A DNA stretch of 56,304 nucleotides, filler included, from Sphacelaria rigidula (GCA_964200075.2; 3 parts of 3 records of this genome joined end to end with filler, not necessarily neighbours in it), one strand, 5' to 3'. Numbered from the whole stretch's first letter, positions 23,754 to 37,606 are shown. The notes: generated by a model from the letters alone, not told the origin. Made by a program: numbers and translations.

Positions 23754-26700
23754 TTACTGGCCGGTGGTCATTGGGGGCTGAGGAGAGGGCAAGCGGTGGC
23801 AGCATCCTTCCGTCTTTACTTTGGCAGAGCACCGCGGGTCAGGGGAGGACGCCGTGACGACAGCCCGAGCTTGCGCGAGGTTCAGCTCCCTCAACAGTCG
23901 GAGCGGGCCGGGGAGGTCGAGCGGTGTGCAGATGCGGCATGTGTCGGGCTGGGGACATCGAACCAGGTGGCTGAGCAGGGACTTGCACGGGCGGCACCAG
24001 CGATGCTCGCATGGGTCTCCACTGGGTCCGCGCCTGGGAGAAAAAAAACGGGTTGCCATTGTTATTCATTTATAGCAGAAGCAACAACAACAAATCGCAA
24101 GTGTGAGGTAGCGTGTATGACATCATGTACCGCAGTTCCGTCATTATCCACGCACACATGTTTGATGAGATTTTTACTTTTTCCATGCTATTACTTCGTT
24201 GTCCCCCTCCTCAACGCATGTTCCATCATGAGTTTGGAGAGCCGGATTTGGGAGAATCCTCCGCAAAAAAACTCCGAGCTCAGCTAACAAGCCTAGAACA
24301 AAAAATTCCAGTACTCCCCCGAAAAAACAAATCCACTCCTACATTATCCTCGCAAACCAACCAACCATCCTACAAGCTCACCCCGTGCAGTCCCGGATGT
24401 GAAGCATCAAGAACTTAGTAGACCGGCAGACCTCGGCGTGCTGGGGGTTTGCGTGATGACCCGGACACGTTCGCGCGTGCGCCATCAAGACCAAAAGGCG
24501 AGAGGCCTGTGCCGTGGATAGTCGGCCCTCGGCAGCGGCGCCATCTGCACCGGCGGCAGACGAGGAGTCTCCCGCCACCACATCCGTGTCGAAACAAGCG
24601 AGTCCTTCCGGATAGTCCTCGTCATCGTCTCCGTCGCTGTCCGAGCAAGAATCGCTGCCGTATCTATGTGTGTGTATATGAGAGAGACAAAGACAGAGAC
24701 AGAGACAGGCAGCGACGGGTTGGACGGTTGGATGGGTGACAACGAGAAGAGGATAAAGGTTCACAATTATGAACTACGACCACGAATTTCTCGTACAGTA
24801 CTGCAGTGTTAATGGGACATAAGCGACGACGAGGACGAAGTCGGGGCGGACAGAGCACAACAATGGATGAGATTTGCTTTTTATCACTTTTTTTTTCCCT
24901 TCTTCCACTTATTGAGAGAAAAAAAAAGACGCGGTGAACTTCCGTGTTCGTGATGCCAGTTCACATCAAACCGTAGTTTACACAGCGTGTGAAGAGGGCG
25001 GAAAGGGGAGGGGGAACTCCACAACTGCACTTATATTATTTCAACCGGCCGCGGCGTAGGGACGACGACGACGACGCAAACAAAAATACGCAAGTACCAC
25101 GAAATAACTCCGGAAAGCATAGAGCTGTATATCTATATCTTATGTCAATAAATAAAATAAATACCTACGGCTGGATTTGTAGCGAATCAATCAAAATAGA
25201 TTTCCAGACGTTCAGCTAATGCCCACTCGATCACGCATACGATACTCGTATTATGCTAGCTCACTGCGTCAGAAACGACAAAAATAACAAACGAACAGGA
25301 ATCAAGACGTACCCATCACTATCGCAGCCTTCTCCCTCCTCCGCGCACACCGCGTGAATATAGTCTACACTGGTCGCCGCACTCGCGGCGTCAACGCGCG
25401 GGATCTGCGACCTGTGGCATTTCGGACACTCCTGCCTGAACAGCGACCACCATGGGTTAGACGCGACCTCCGCCTCGTAGTTCTCCTTGCACAACGAACA
25501 CTCGTAAGACACCGTGCGCGGCGCCGATAGGACGGGCGCCAGAGATCTCTGCCTTTTGCGCTGACGAGGCGCCGCCATGTGAGAAAGTGCCATCCCGCCG
25601 CCGCCATCGCCGCCGCTCGACATCATGCCTGCTCCGCTCGAAATACCGGCGGTCGCAGCCGGAGCGGCGGCCGTGGATGGAGATGAGCCGGCGAGGGTTG
25701 CCACGCCCTGTTGCTGTTCTTGTTGGTGATGACGGTGCTGTACCGAGTATTCATACGGTCGTTTTCGGGACGCGGTAACGGCCGAAGACGAAGAGAGTGT
25801 ACACGACGCTTGTCCGCATCGGCACTCCTGTCGTGTCTGGGGTGTCACCGCCTGCGGCGTGGGCGCGAGGGTCTGCGGCGCCGGAGACCACGAAGGGTGG
25901 GAGGATGGAGAACCCTGGGTCATCGAGGCCGCGGCCGTTGTTGCTTTGGCGGAAGAAAAAGACGACGTGGTAGCGGGAGTGACCGTTGATCCCGCTGCGA
26001 CCGGCGAAGACGCCGCCACCGCGGCATTGCTGGCGCTAGAGGCAGTAGCAGCGGCCGTGGTTACAGGTGCAACAGAAGAAGACGTTCTCAGCTCCTGCTT
26101 CAACGAAACGCTCGGTGTCGTGTTCGGTGCAGCAGTACCAGCAGCGGTAGCCGTTACCGTCATCGCTGTCGCAGTTGCCGCCGGCGCCACCCCCGGGGTC
26201 GCCGATGCAACGGTCTGTGCAGCGCAAGAGGAAGACGCAACAACCGTGGATGCAAGCGGAAGCGCGTTCCGCGGGAGTTTCTGGTTTCGCGCACTGTTGA
26301 AGGAGGCATTTTGGGGCACCGCCGTCGATGGCGGTGGCGGCGACGGAGAAGATATCACGATGGTGTTGCTACTGCTGTTCGCTGCCGGGCTCCCGGCACT
26401 AGAGATGGTGCTCGAATCGGACGTTTCTTGTGATGTAACCGTCACCATTATCAAGTTGTCGTTGTCGTCGTCGCCCTCCGTCTTAGCGGCGGCAAAGCCC
26501 ACCTCCGCTTCCATTTTTGAGGGTACGGCTATTGGTATTGTTGCCCTCTCCGCAGTCCCCTCAGATGACGATATGTCGATGCTACCATCTGTGATCATCA
26601 CATCCCCGCTAACGTCCGAAGCCATTGCCACAGCGGCCGCTTCCTCATCCTCGTTATCAAGGACAGTGCTCAGCAAGAACGCATCGGGGGCAAACAGCTC

Positions 26701-29700
26701 CGACAATTCATTCATCTCTTGGTCGATGGCCGCGCTGCTCTGGGCACCATCTCCGCCCAGCAGGTCGTCCTTTGTCCGACTCCGCGAGAGAGACCGGGGA
26801 GATCCGGGCGACAGAGACAGCTCGGACACGGAACGGTGCTGCGGGCCAATAGCGTTCGTTTCATTATCTTCCAATGACAGCGAGTCGTCGGAAAATTCGC
26901 CGTCCGTCATGGCCGAAATGGTCGACAGGGTGGACACGGACGCCGAACGTTCCGCGCTCCTCGGTGACTGATGGCAAAAAAACGCCGAATCCTTGTCCTG
27001 CGATAAGGAGAGGTGAATATAGAGTGGGCGCACGAGAGTGGGTGGGGTTGCCTTTCCGAGGGATGGTCTCATTTGATGTACTGCGGTGTGCTGCATGCCC
27101 AGTGGGATTGAAAACTGGCGCGTTCCGAGCCTCCACCCGGGCTATGCCGAATGCGATCGTGGGCTCGACAAAAAATCGCTCTCTGCTCTTTTGCTTCTGC
27201 GAAGACTGATTCATGGTGCCTGACTTCACCACCACGAGGGGAAAAAGACATCCCGCCCATGTAATTGCATTTCAAGTAAGAGAAAACACAACAATAACGA
27301 CAACGACCACTCCGCCACAGAATATCCATCCTACAATATCTACCTCGTGCCCGTCCAAGTCCAAGAGATCAAGACCAATCCCTCCGCCGTCGCCATGGTC
27401 ATCGCAGTCCCCCCCGACCAAATACGCTCCGCCGCAGTCATCCTCCGCTGCATCGCCGCACAGCTCGCCCAGGTCCGCTAGGGACAGCGTGGAGCACGGC
27501 CGTGTCAGCTCTTCCCCGGCGGACGCACTGCTCCCCATGATCGGCGCCTGCTGCACCCCGGCACTTTCGGTTACCGCCATCCAGCTGTCCGATACGTCCG
27601 AGTCGCCAGATGACGTCCGCTCTCCTCCGCCGTCCGTGGTGCTGTCTGATGCTGCTTGTGGCGGAGGGCGAGGGAAAGGAGGGAGGGGGGGGTGTTTCCC
27701 GGGTGAATGGCAAGAACTAACGACCAGGTCTGGACTGCATTTTTTTTCGGTGTAATTCATGTGTATGATGACAACCCCCTTTGACTCAAATGGGGTGCGG
27801 TCGCATATTGTGCAGGGATTTTAGGCGCATTAGACGTGTGTGGTTATGCGTGACTGAATGCCTGGGAAATTTCATCCTTGGCCGCGGGTCTCAATACAGG
27901 GCTTTTGTGATCATCAACAAAGAGTAATACTTAACTGTGATACTACTTACACAACACAACACAATACAAAATGAGGAGCTCATCGTCACGCTAGTGGGGT
28001 ATTGCTCACCCTCCCACACACACATATTTGAGAGCAGAAGACATTCAGGGAACCAGGTCTTGCACTGCTGCAATGTACTTGGTGTATGTTCCGCCCTGTC
28101 AACATTTCGGGGCGGCATATTTTGCGTTTCTTCGCGCTCTCGTTGAAGGGCGCTACGCGGGTTGGTCAAATGTACTTGAGCGTTGTGCGCTCAAACCTTT
28201 TCCGGACACAGGATGATCACACAGCACAACTATTAAATGAGAACAGCCGGAAAATAAAAGTTCGACGAGGAGCTCGATAATGCAAGTGTCATAATACAAT
28301 CGTACACACGATACCTACCTGTCGATACCGTCTCCGTCTCTTGGTCAGCGATCGCGGGCGGTTGCGCAAGCTGGGTCAGCATTCTCTCCTTCACAGGGAG
28401 CAACCGCTGGGTGATATGCTCCTATTTTGTTTTTCGAGCACAGAATGGCAACACGGCGAAGCACATAGACAGTGACAGATTTGAACAAAAAAATGGGGAA
28501 CACGATTTTCTTTCAGTGCAAAAAAATGTGTCAGTATCAGTGTGCTCCGTATATACATAGCAAAGGTGCCTCTTGAGGTAGAGTGCATATACACCTCATG
28601 AGTATCCTGTATCTTCAGTTGATACCACAGGTACTCGGATGAACACTCAGTTTGCTCGGCACTCGATACCCTGAGCATCTTGTGTAAGAGAGCTTACTTG
28701 GGTCGTGGGTTCGAATCTCGGTGCAGTCACACGATCTAGGATTTTTTCTCACACAGTGCTCAATAGTGGAGAGCGACAATGTCGTGGGTACACAACATTC
28801 GTCTTCACCGTCGATAAGGGATAGGGACTGCTGAACCCCTCTTGCGATAAAAAAATGAAGTAAACACCGCAGAAGGCATGCGGAGAACCGAAACAAATGA
28901 AAAAACAAGGAAAAATCCTGTTTTGGTATTCCTCTTGTGTGACCCCGGCTGGTGCGCCCACATATACCGAAAGGTGTGGACTGACCTCCAGAATAGATGG
29001 GATGACAACACAACAACGCATTCACTGATTCACCGCGCACTCAGCCGTGGTCATGGGACAAAACATAAGAGAGAAAAGTGAATACAAAGCAATACAAGAC
29101 AAGGGCAAGAGCAATTAAACGCACTATTCGATAAGAAAGGTAGCAGCAACGCCTGACTGAGAGATATCGAGCTCTATAATGTGTGCTGTGTATACCGTAC
29201 GTAGCCGATTATTGTAAATAATGGTTTGAAACCATCATCCATAAATTCCACGTGTCGGACAGATCAGCTCCCTGTAGCTCGAGCAATTTGTTTTTAGCGT
29301 AGCTTTCTATTGAGTTATGAGAGCTACGCATGTTCTTCCTGGGTGAGCAATGAGGCTACATGAGCTATGCATGTTTGCCCTAGGTGAGCTACCAACCCGT
29401 AGCTCATCGGCTAATATTTGCCCTGGGTGAGCCATGAGAGCTGCATGAGCTACGCATGTTTGTCATAGGTGAACTACTAACCCCTAGCTCATCAGCTCAT
29501 ATTTGCCCTGGGTGAGCTATGAGATATGCATGAGCTACGCACGGTTGTCCTGGATGGGCCATGAGAGCTACATGAGCTCGGCATGTTTGCCCAAGTTGAG
29601 CTAAATAGCTACGGGAGCTACGCCGATTTTGGAGTCGTTTCTGTTCCGATACCCATGCACGTTGATATGTGAAAACGGTTACATGTGTACACACCTGCGT

Positions 29701-32700
29701 TCCGTTTCGTGCAGTGATGGATTTGTTGTTTTTAGGCCGGATGTTATGGCAAACAGATTTTTGGCGCACGGATTGTTCACTTTTGGGACGTTTGACGCAC
29801 CTTTTGACCCCCAAGCCAAGAAAACCAACCACCAACACACGTCTCGCACACTTTCCATCACCCCACAGAGAGGAGCCTAGTCTGCTTTTCAGATTCGCTT
29901 GGCTCCGAGGTTTCGTGAGTGGCCGCTGGACAAAAAAATGTGCGCAAAAATCTGTGCTTGCCGACTCCCACCAGTTTGCCCAATAATCTGTGGAGATCGC
30001 CGTAGATGTTGTTGCACACGGATTATTGTTCAGCGGCCGCTCTCAAAACCTTGGAGCCAAGCGCTTCTGAAAAGGGGGCTAGGTTCTACTCTGTGGGGTG
30101 ATGCAAAGTGTCCAAGACGCGTGTTGGCGATTTCCCCTGTTTGGGGGTCAAAAAGTGGATCAAACGTCCCAAAAGTTGACATGGCCGTAACATCCGGCCT
30201 CAACATCAGGAATGGCCGCATATAAAGCCGTCCCCACATTAGCCGTCACAGAACTCACACACATCCAAACTGCACACATAACCCGCACTACAGGGCGAAC
30301 GCCGGGGGGAGCAACTCTAGCGGCGCTCTAGTCAGAAATGATGCCGCGTGCATCTCGATTCTTCGTAATAGGCGATCTTTGTGAAGGAAGCTAGAAGTAA
30401 TCACACATGAAATATTTGATTGCTCAATCCTTTGACTGCGAGGGTAGGCGATCAGTTGAGTCGGCATCACTCACACTAAATACATACGTCGTATGAATCA
30501 TGCTGATGTTACACATCAGCTACCCTCGCGGTCCAAGGGTTGACCATTTGACGGCGAGCATGGGTCATGTGTTGAATCGGCTTCAATTTCACGTGAAAAA
30601 AGTATGCATGACCACATGGACTCATACCCTCCCGGCCAAGCAGTCAAAAGCAATGAACTGGTCGATTTTTGAGGCCACCGAGTCTCAACCCTCAGACCAC
30701 GATGCGGGTATTTCATCTAGCAGGTGACCTACCCTCGCGGTCGAAGGGAACCCAGGACGGGTTATTCATGTTTTGAACCGTTACATCATGCGAACGAGGA
30801 CTCGTGATTGTGATCTGTTCTTCCCACCGCGAGAAGCGAGGCAGAAAACCATAACCTAATGAGCCGTCCATTCGAACAAGAATGTAACAGTATGAGCGAC
30901 ACCGGTTTTGCCATCGGTTAGGCACATGACGTGAGTGAGCTATGAGCATTTGTTCCCGGGATGAGCTACGTACGTACAGGGCGTAGCTCATCCCCTCGTG
31001 TTTCCCCTGGGTGAGCTATAATGGGTGCGTGAGCTACACGTGTTTGGCTTGGGTGAGCTATGGAGTGTGTACCTCATCCGCATATGTTTCCCCCGGGTGA
31101 GCTGTAAGGGCTACGTGAGCTACACATGATTTTCCTGGGTGAGCTACCAACCCGTAGCACATTAGCTCACATCCGTCCTGGGTGAGCTGTGAGAGGTACA
31201 CGAGCTAGGCACGTTTGTCCTGGGTGATCTATGAGAGCTACATGAGCTGCGCATGTTTGTGTCCTAGGTGAGCTACCAACCTGTAGCTCATCAGCGCGTG
31301 TTAACCTTGGGTGATTTATCGGACGTAGCTTCCATGTACATGTTTGTCTACAAGTGAGCTACAGCTCGCAGATGAGCTGTTGTCCGACGTGTGAAAAAAA
31401 TCCATACAACCACCACCATCATGACCATTGTAATGATAACTGCCAGTTGTAGCCGGTACCATTTCCGAGCTATTATTATTTCTGCACATTAGTCCGATCT
31501 CGCGAACCCGTGGTCACAGACGTAGGCTCGCCTTTCCATGGGTCAGAAAAAAGGGAGCGCTTCGTGCCCAGCCGGCACAAGGAGGTGGGCACGGCACTCT
31601 TTGCTAACGGACTCATGCGCAACACTGAGTAGCACCTTGTCGTGCACCGGCATCAAGTGATGATATGCCGCTGTTGACTCTTGTGAACATGTATACTATA
31701 ATCAGTACTGTCATAGTCGATATTGGTGGTGTTTGTGTTATCGATGATGGTGTGCTTACGGTCCAGCAGTGGACTCCGGCGATTTGCCCCAGGGCCCAAG
31801 GGATAGTAACATGAACCATACGGTACAGACAGTGTTGCAGATGCCAAAATCGATCTGTCAACTACAGTGCGGTTGGAAAGTTGAGCTGGTCATGTTCCCA
31901 CAAATGAACCGAGTGTATCGCAAGGGAACACGACAAGCAACACCTAGTTACAATGCACAACAACCCCGACCGAAAACTGCGACGTACAGGTATCGTCGAC
32001 CCTAAGCATCATCTGGGTTTTACTGTCAATATCCAAGTGAAAAAGATGCCGATTCAATAAATGACCGACCACGACGATCAATTCAAGGGTTAATTTGAAC
32101 TTGGGATAAATTTGAGGAGGCGGATTAGGTAAAACCAACGAATTTCATAGTTGTTACACACGAAGGTCCTCTGTAGCATGGACAAAAGCGGGGTTCCGCC
32201 TCGCAAGTGCAGTGGCCGAAATTCGATCCACACGCGTTTCGAGCGCAATCGTCCGAAATCTCTTGTGAAACGATGAACAGACTTAATAAATATAGAAATA
32301 TCCAATACTGACCGGACCGTACTGATCGTACCTCGTGGGACCAGGGCATAAAATATCGCGTTCGGGTCCGATATTTTAGCATACTGATCATCAAGGTGTT
32401 CATTCCATCATGTTTTCATCCATGCACATAATACACACAAATACCTCAAGCATGTCGAGCTGCGCAGAAGTGTAGTGGTGCGAGCCCGCCTTGGCTTGCT
32501 CCATTCGGTCGGTAGTGTTCTTCACGTGTGCAGTAAAGTATCGCAGTCTACCCAGCTGTTGCTGCGGCCCGTTTTCATCGACACCATCCTGGCAAAAAAG
32601 CACCAATCCACACACACACACTCAAATGAGAATCAAGTGCGAAGTGCATACAAAATTTCCGCAGACCAACATGATAGTCAAACATGAGTAAATATTTTCA

Positions 32701-35442
32701 ATCGCTGTGGGTTGTGGAAGTCTCCGAGAGAAGGGACACCATTTGCAATACCGTCGGTTTAGGTGGACTTCCTCGTTGCATCGGATACAAGCAAATACTA
32801 ATACTACGATGTTGTTCTCTAAGATGGGGCAAAGGCTCGATTACAGTGAAATGGGACCAAGACGGTGTGGGTTACGCGGCGACAGAAAGCATGAGCATGA
32901 ACATGTGTTGACGATCGCTGAACGCGTTGACGATCGCTGAACCTGCTGTCTACAGACAGGGCAATTTGACCTGTACACGAGTGGTACAGACAGTAGTACG
33001 ACGCCTTTGCTGTAAGGTCCATCCTCTCGTTTTCACACTACGATAGTGTGCGTCCAGAACCGGTAACGTGCGCAAATCGGAAATCTTCATCGACAGATCA
33101 CACGATTGAAGTCAGCGCTTCCATCACATGTATCTCAAACCATCTGGTACGAAATCTGCAAGGAGTGCCTTACGGTGCAGTTGAGTACGAGTGTACATTC
33201 AATAATGCGGTTTTGCCCATAAGTATGCGACACCTTGATAATTTATCTATTTTGGGGGTCTCCCAGCAAGGATTCCCGCACGCTAGTGTGGTGCCTGATC
33301 CGAGGTATAACACATGGTCGGTATACTGTTCTGAACTTCACGTACGAGAGCCTGCAATAGTGTACAGGCACGACATCAAGAGTACAGTACAGTGTAGTGC
33401 CAGAAAAAGAAGGCCGCAAGTGCTGTATGTAGTCTGCAGCGCCAACAGCTGTCAGCACAACCGCCGTCGGATACAAATGAACAGCGAACGATGAGCTCCG
33501 CTCGCCGGTACTAACATGTGTTACTCGGAATCGACTTTGACGTGAAAAATGGTTTGATCAGCGGGTGCTTGACGTAAAAATCACGACACTCATCTCAACT
33601 GAAATCATCAATCCCCCGCCAAAACACTCTCGCTCCTTCGAAATGCTTGTGAATGAAAAAAGTGACATCCATCAACCCATCAAAGGACGTCGCTTGATGT
33701 TTGAAGACTGACTCCGTTTTGATGTACAGTTAGAGAAACTGGTTCCCCGAAAACTGCAACGGTACATCGAGTAGCGTCAGGAAAGACTACAAAAAAAAAA
33801 GACTATTCTGGAAGGAGCGGTGAATTTTTTCACTCTCCCGACCGTACGGCCTGTGCTACTGCTACAGGTTGTACTTGTACCACTGGATGTTTTACTAGTG
33901 TAATTCACCATTATACAACAGTAGCACCCTCCCCATGCGCCCTTCTTATTCAGGCCCCATGAAAATTGTTTTTGCACAATTTCTCGTGAGAAAAATGTGG
34001 GGGTATGGGACGGGTATATGGTGCATGTGTAAACATGTATCTATCACTCCCGAGGGATACACCTTATGTACAACATGGCAACGAAGGAGTCCGAGGGAGT
34101 CCTCGAAGGAGCTACACAGTGATGACAGTCAATCATCCTAGTCTCGCCCTTTATCATGCATACCATCTCCTTGCTACATCGACTCTTACCATGCTCGCTG
34201 TACCATCGCTGGACACTTGAGGAGTCAATTCAGCCTCGAGTCTGGTGAATTCTCGGACCAAAAAGGCTAATTCCTCCCCATATTTCGCCTGCATCGCGCC
34301 CACCCTGGCCTTCATGGCCTTGCGTAATTTCTTCGTTTTCGCAGTAGAGGTACTTGTACCGCCTTCCGAGGTTGCATCCTTCTTTCCCGTGACTGCTCCC
34401 ATGCTGATGCCCTGCTTCTTGAGGCCCGCTGCCTTTGTGGACTTTGAGCCTCGCTTCGCGACCGAAGACGCCTTAGCCTGGTGTTATGTTGCATGTTTAT
34501 TTTGGGACATCGGGACGCCTTGACTTGACTCAAACGACTACTCTCGCTGGACAGAAACGATGTATGTCCAAGGAACGGGAGAAAAGGACCGCGGTTTCCT
34601 ACGAGATACAAATGTACTGGAACGAAAAAAAATCCGAAAAGCGACATTGTGGTACATACCGAAGATAAAATAGAGCAGGAGGGGGGGGAGGGGGGGAAAG
34701 AGAGAAAAAAACGGAAAGAAGCAACAGCAACCGAGAAGTACTGCTGTTTTGCCACACGCACCAACTTCCAGCTGCGTGCTTGATGCGTGTAGACACGACT
34801 TATTTTGTTCACAAGAAAGCGTTAAGGAGCGGCCCCACGGTTTCCTGAACGTAAAGGTTCACGGACTGACACTCCGCAATGCTTTGCCTTCAAAGTCACC
34901 AAGTGCAGTAACTCCACCAATCACCATATTAGACCCTACAGTACTATGGAGTCTGGAGTCTAGACCTCTCTGCTGTGGATCGCCCGGCAGAATGGTGAAT
35001 AAAAAATTCACCACCCGAACACATACCCATTCCGGCATGCCATGATTCAAGGCGATACGATACTGTACACCAAACAAGAAGCGGGGAGCGTCACTGATCA
35101 AGAGAAGAGCGAACAATTAGATGCTCCTTTGGTGAGTCCCTCCCTTGACGGAGCTGACGAAAACCCACACATGTTTCATCCCAGCGCGTTCAATTTCGTG
35201 ATCCGCGGAGACACAAAAGGACGCACTGAAACAATACACACGAGCAGACATCCCTGCAAGTGGAGATATAAATGTAAAGGACATGTAACATGAACCATTC
35301 TCAGTTCTTCGCTTTTCTTCCTCACCACTGCTTGTTGCCGTTTTTTCGTGCGGGCAGGAGGAGTGGTCGTCATGGTAGTAGCAGCAGCCGCCGTAGATGA
35401 CATGGTGTCGCACGCTCCGTAAGTTCCCAACTGTGGTGGCAT
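23754..35442 (-). CDS. TAZ-type zinc-finger protein (~1068 aa) with N-terminal helical domain and C4 zinc ribbon; putative transcriptional co-regulator
   Basis: Exons 35442-35326, 34477-34190, 32588-32445, 28421-28319, 27651-27344, 26997-25313, 24663-24382 and 24033-23754; all GT-AG, phases 0,0,0,1,0,2,2, total 3207 nt. Motifs: YECSLC...NPWWSL...ECPKC...QIPRVD and RLLVLMAHARTCPGHH...CRSTKFLMLHIRDCTG...PCEHRWCRPCKSLLSHLVRCPQPDTCRIC (TAZ pattern). First and last exon limits are less certain. Confidence 0.85.
28699..29017 (+). mobile_element. tRNA-derived SINE, 5'-truncated copy in intron 3 of the TAZ gene
   Basis: B box ggttcgaatct; body and 3' end colinear with 16155-16937 once the MITE is removed. 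Confidence 0.8.
29249..31393. mobile_element. ~2.1-kb TIR element with arrays of GAGCT-containing subterminal repeats and nested inserts
   Basis: Termini CACGTGTCGGACA and TGTCCGACGTGTG (13 bp, 2 mismatches); degenerate ~40-bp units (catgtttgccctgggtgagcta...gagctacatgagcta) at ~29270-29620 and ~30930-31380; no TSD found. Confidence 0.65.
29735..30200. repeat. Foldback-type inverted repeat (arms of ~200 bp)
   Basis: cttttgggacgtttga...ttttgacccccaa...catcaccccacagag...cgcttggctcc pairs with ggagccaagcg...ctctgtggggtgatg...ttgggggtcaaaa...tcaaacgtcccaaaag. Confidence 0.85.
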
Positions 35443-37506
35443 GCTGAGCGGAATGTAAGGACAGGACGTACAGGATGCGCCTGTGTCTCTCCGTTTATCG
35501 TCCTTTCCCTGCTGTGCGGTGCGCTATGTTTTCTCAAGAAATTCGTTTTTTTTTTTTATATAGACCAAAGTTGTGACGTATGTCTTCTTGTCGGCCGACG
35601 CCTGATTACCGCAGGAGCTCGCTTCACCCTGTGTGCCCGTTTCAGGCAAACCATGTACTGTTGCCAAACATGAGCATATCGCGAAGCATCGCGCGGACTT
35701 GCACGGCTAGCATCAAAAGAAATTGCTAGCTCAGGCGGATACTTAAGTTTATGTAGGTTGGCGCTGTACTTTGCGTACACTGGCCGCCTACGGTGCTACA
35801 TTTATTGTTTTTCGAGACGTGGAGCTACCTGTTCAGGACGTCGCGATCAGTACGATCAGTACCTGACGTCCTGGTCATCTTGTTGTGTGCGTTCGCTGAC
35901 GTTGGCAGAAGACACCCGCTCTATTTTGGAACATTGTAGTTATTGTAGTTCGACCGCACATGACAGCTTCGACACATGATACTCATGTGATGGCAGGGTG
36001 GTACGCGATACTCAACTGTTGCACCGTCGTACATGATACAGCGGTATTGTTGGCTGTTAATCTGAAGAAAAGGCCGGGACGCACCTTGGGGAATCATGTG
36101 TTGAGAATGGCCTCCATGAAATACATCATGTCTGCGGCAGCAACCTCTTTCATCGCGTTTTCACGATACTTCAATACCTAATCGTACCCGGCGTAGGGTG
36201 CAGGGTGAGGGATGTCCATGTACACGTCATCAAATCGTCTCCATGAGATCTGCACATCTTTCGGGTATAAAACGCAACGATAGTATATCAGCATACCGTT
36301 GCATTAAATATTCACCCTTGAAGACGAGGTGAAGGTTCGATGTACGACCGTGTCGTTGCTGGGCATTTATGAGTGAGTTGATCGATCATACATTGCCAAG
36401 CGGCCTGCTCTCAGTCACTGCAGTAGTAGCCGCTATGCATGAGTGTTCTATGTCGGTTCGAAAATTTATACTACTGTTGTACACCCTGTACTGTCTGTGC
36501 TACTTGTTGCCCTCCATTCCACCCCCATTGTGACGCGCCCATCTTCCGATATTCTCAGAGTACCGACCCACCACCGGCGATACTGATACTTGATGTAGAT
36601 ATTCCGAAAATTACACGATGTGTACACTCGAGTATTGATACTCGATACTGTACGATATATATATACGGCTGTTTGGTATGACCGCAGTGTAGAAGACCGA
36701 GCGATATACACGGGCACCCTCACTTACTATTTTTATTATAGGTTGCACAATAATAAGATACCGCATCCCCTAGACTGATTTCGAAGCTCATTTACTCCTC
36801 ACCAGAAACGATGCCGGGGCTGAACTGGGTTGCGTTACAACCATCTCGTCGAGAGTTTTCCAAAACGTGTCGTTTGCTGTCGGCACCCTCTTCGTTGTGG
36901 AGTAATCGAGCATCGAAAATCGCTCCTGAGGATGCGTAGTATATTATGCAACCTACTACGAACAGTGATAAATAATAGAAGTGTGTATAGGATGACCGAT
37001 ATCTGTACTACGAGATTCTTAGAACAAAAAATCACTTCATCTCCCGCACAACAATAATACGACGTTCACCAATTTTTATTCGGTACGTTTGTGGCATCGA
37101 CTACGAGCACGTCAAAAACATTGAGGATATTCGCTTCATTCTGAAGATCCTGCAGCCAAAACCGTATTTTCGACATTCACGTGCAAATAAATGCGTGTGG
37201 GTGGAAATATCCAAAAACTGTTTTTTGCTCTTGGACCCTCAATATTCCGTGAAAATACTCCATTTTCTGTGATCCGCTCGTAGTCGTTACCATAACGGTA
37301 CTGAAGAAAAAATGGTGGACTTCGTTTTGTCTTGCGGAAGATGTGGCGATTCTCAATTCTCAATTTTCAGAATATCATCCTACAGAAATCGGGGTCATCC
37401 TATTATGTTCATCATCACAGGCCGTCCAGACGAATGGATGAGAGGGGGGGGGGGGGGGGGGGGGGGCCTCTTTTTTTTTTGTTTCTCGGGGGGTGTTGCC
37501 GCCGTC

Positions 37507-37606
37507 NNNNNNNNNNNNNNNNNNNNNNNNNNNNNNNNNNNNNNNNNNNNTTAATTAATTAANNNNNNNNNNNNNNNNNNNNNNNNNNNNNNNNNNNNNN
37601 NNNNNN
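37507..37606. other. Assembly gap with artificial TTAATTAATTAA linker
   Basis: Same N-linker-N structure as 18707-18806. Confidence 0.95.

Noticed and set aside
29270-31380. Regularly recurring ctgggtgagcta repeats as a CRISPR-like array
   Set aside because: The units are degenerate, the intervening sequence is itself repetitive rather than unique spacers, there are no cas genes, and the context is a eukaryotic intron.
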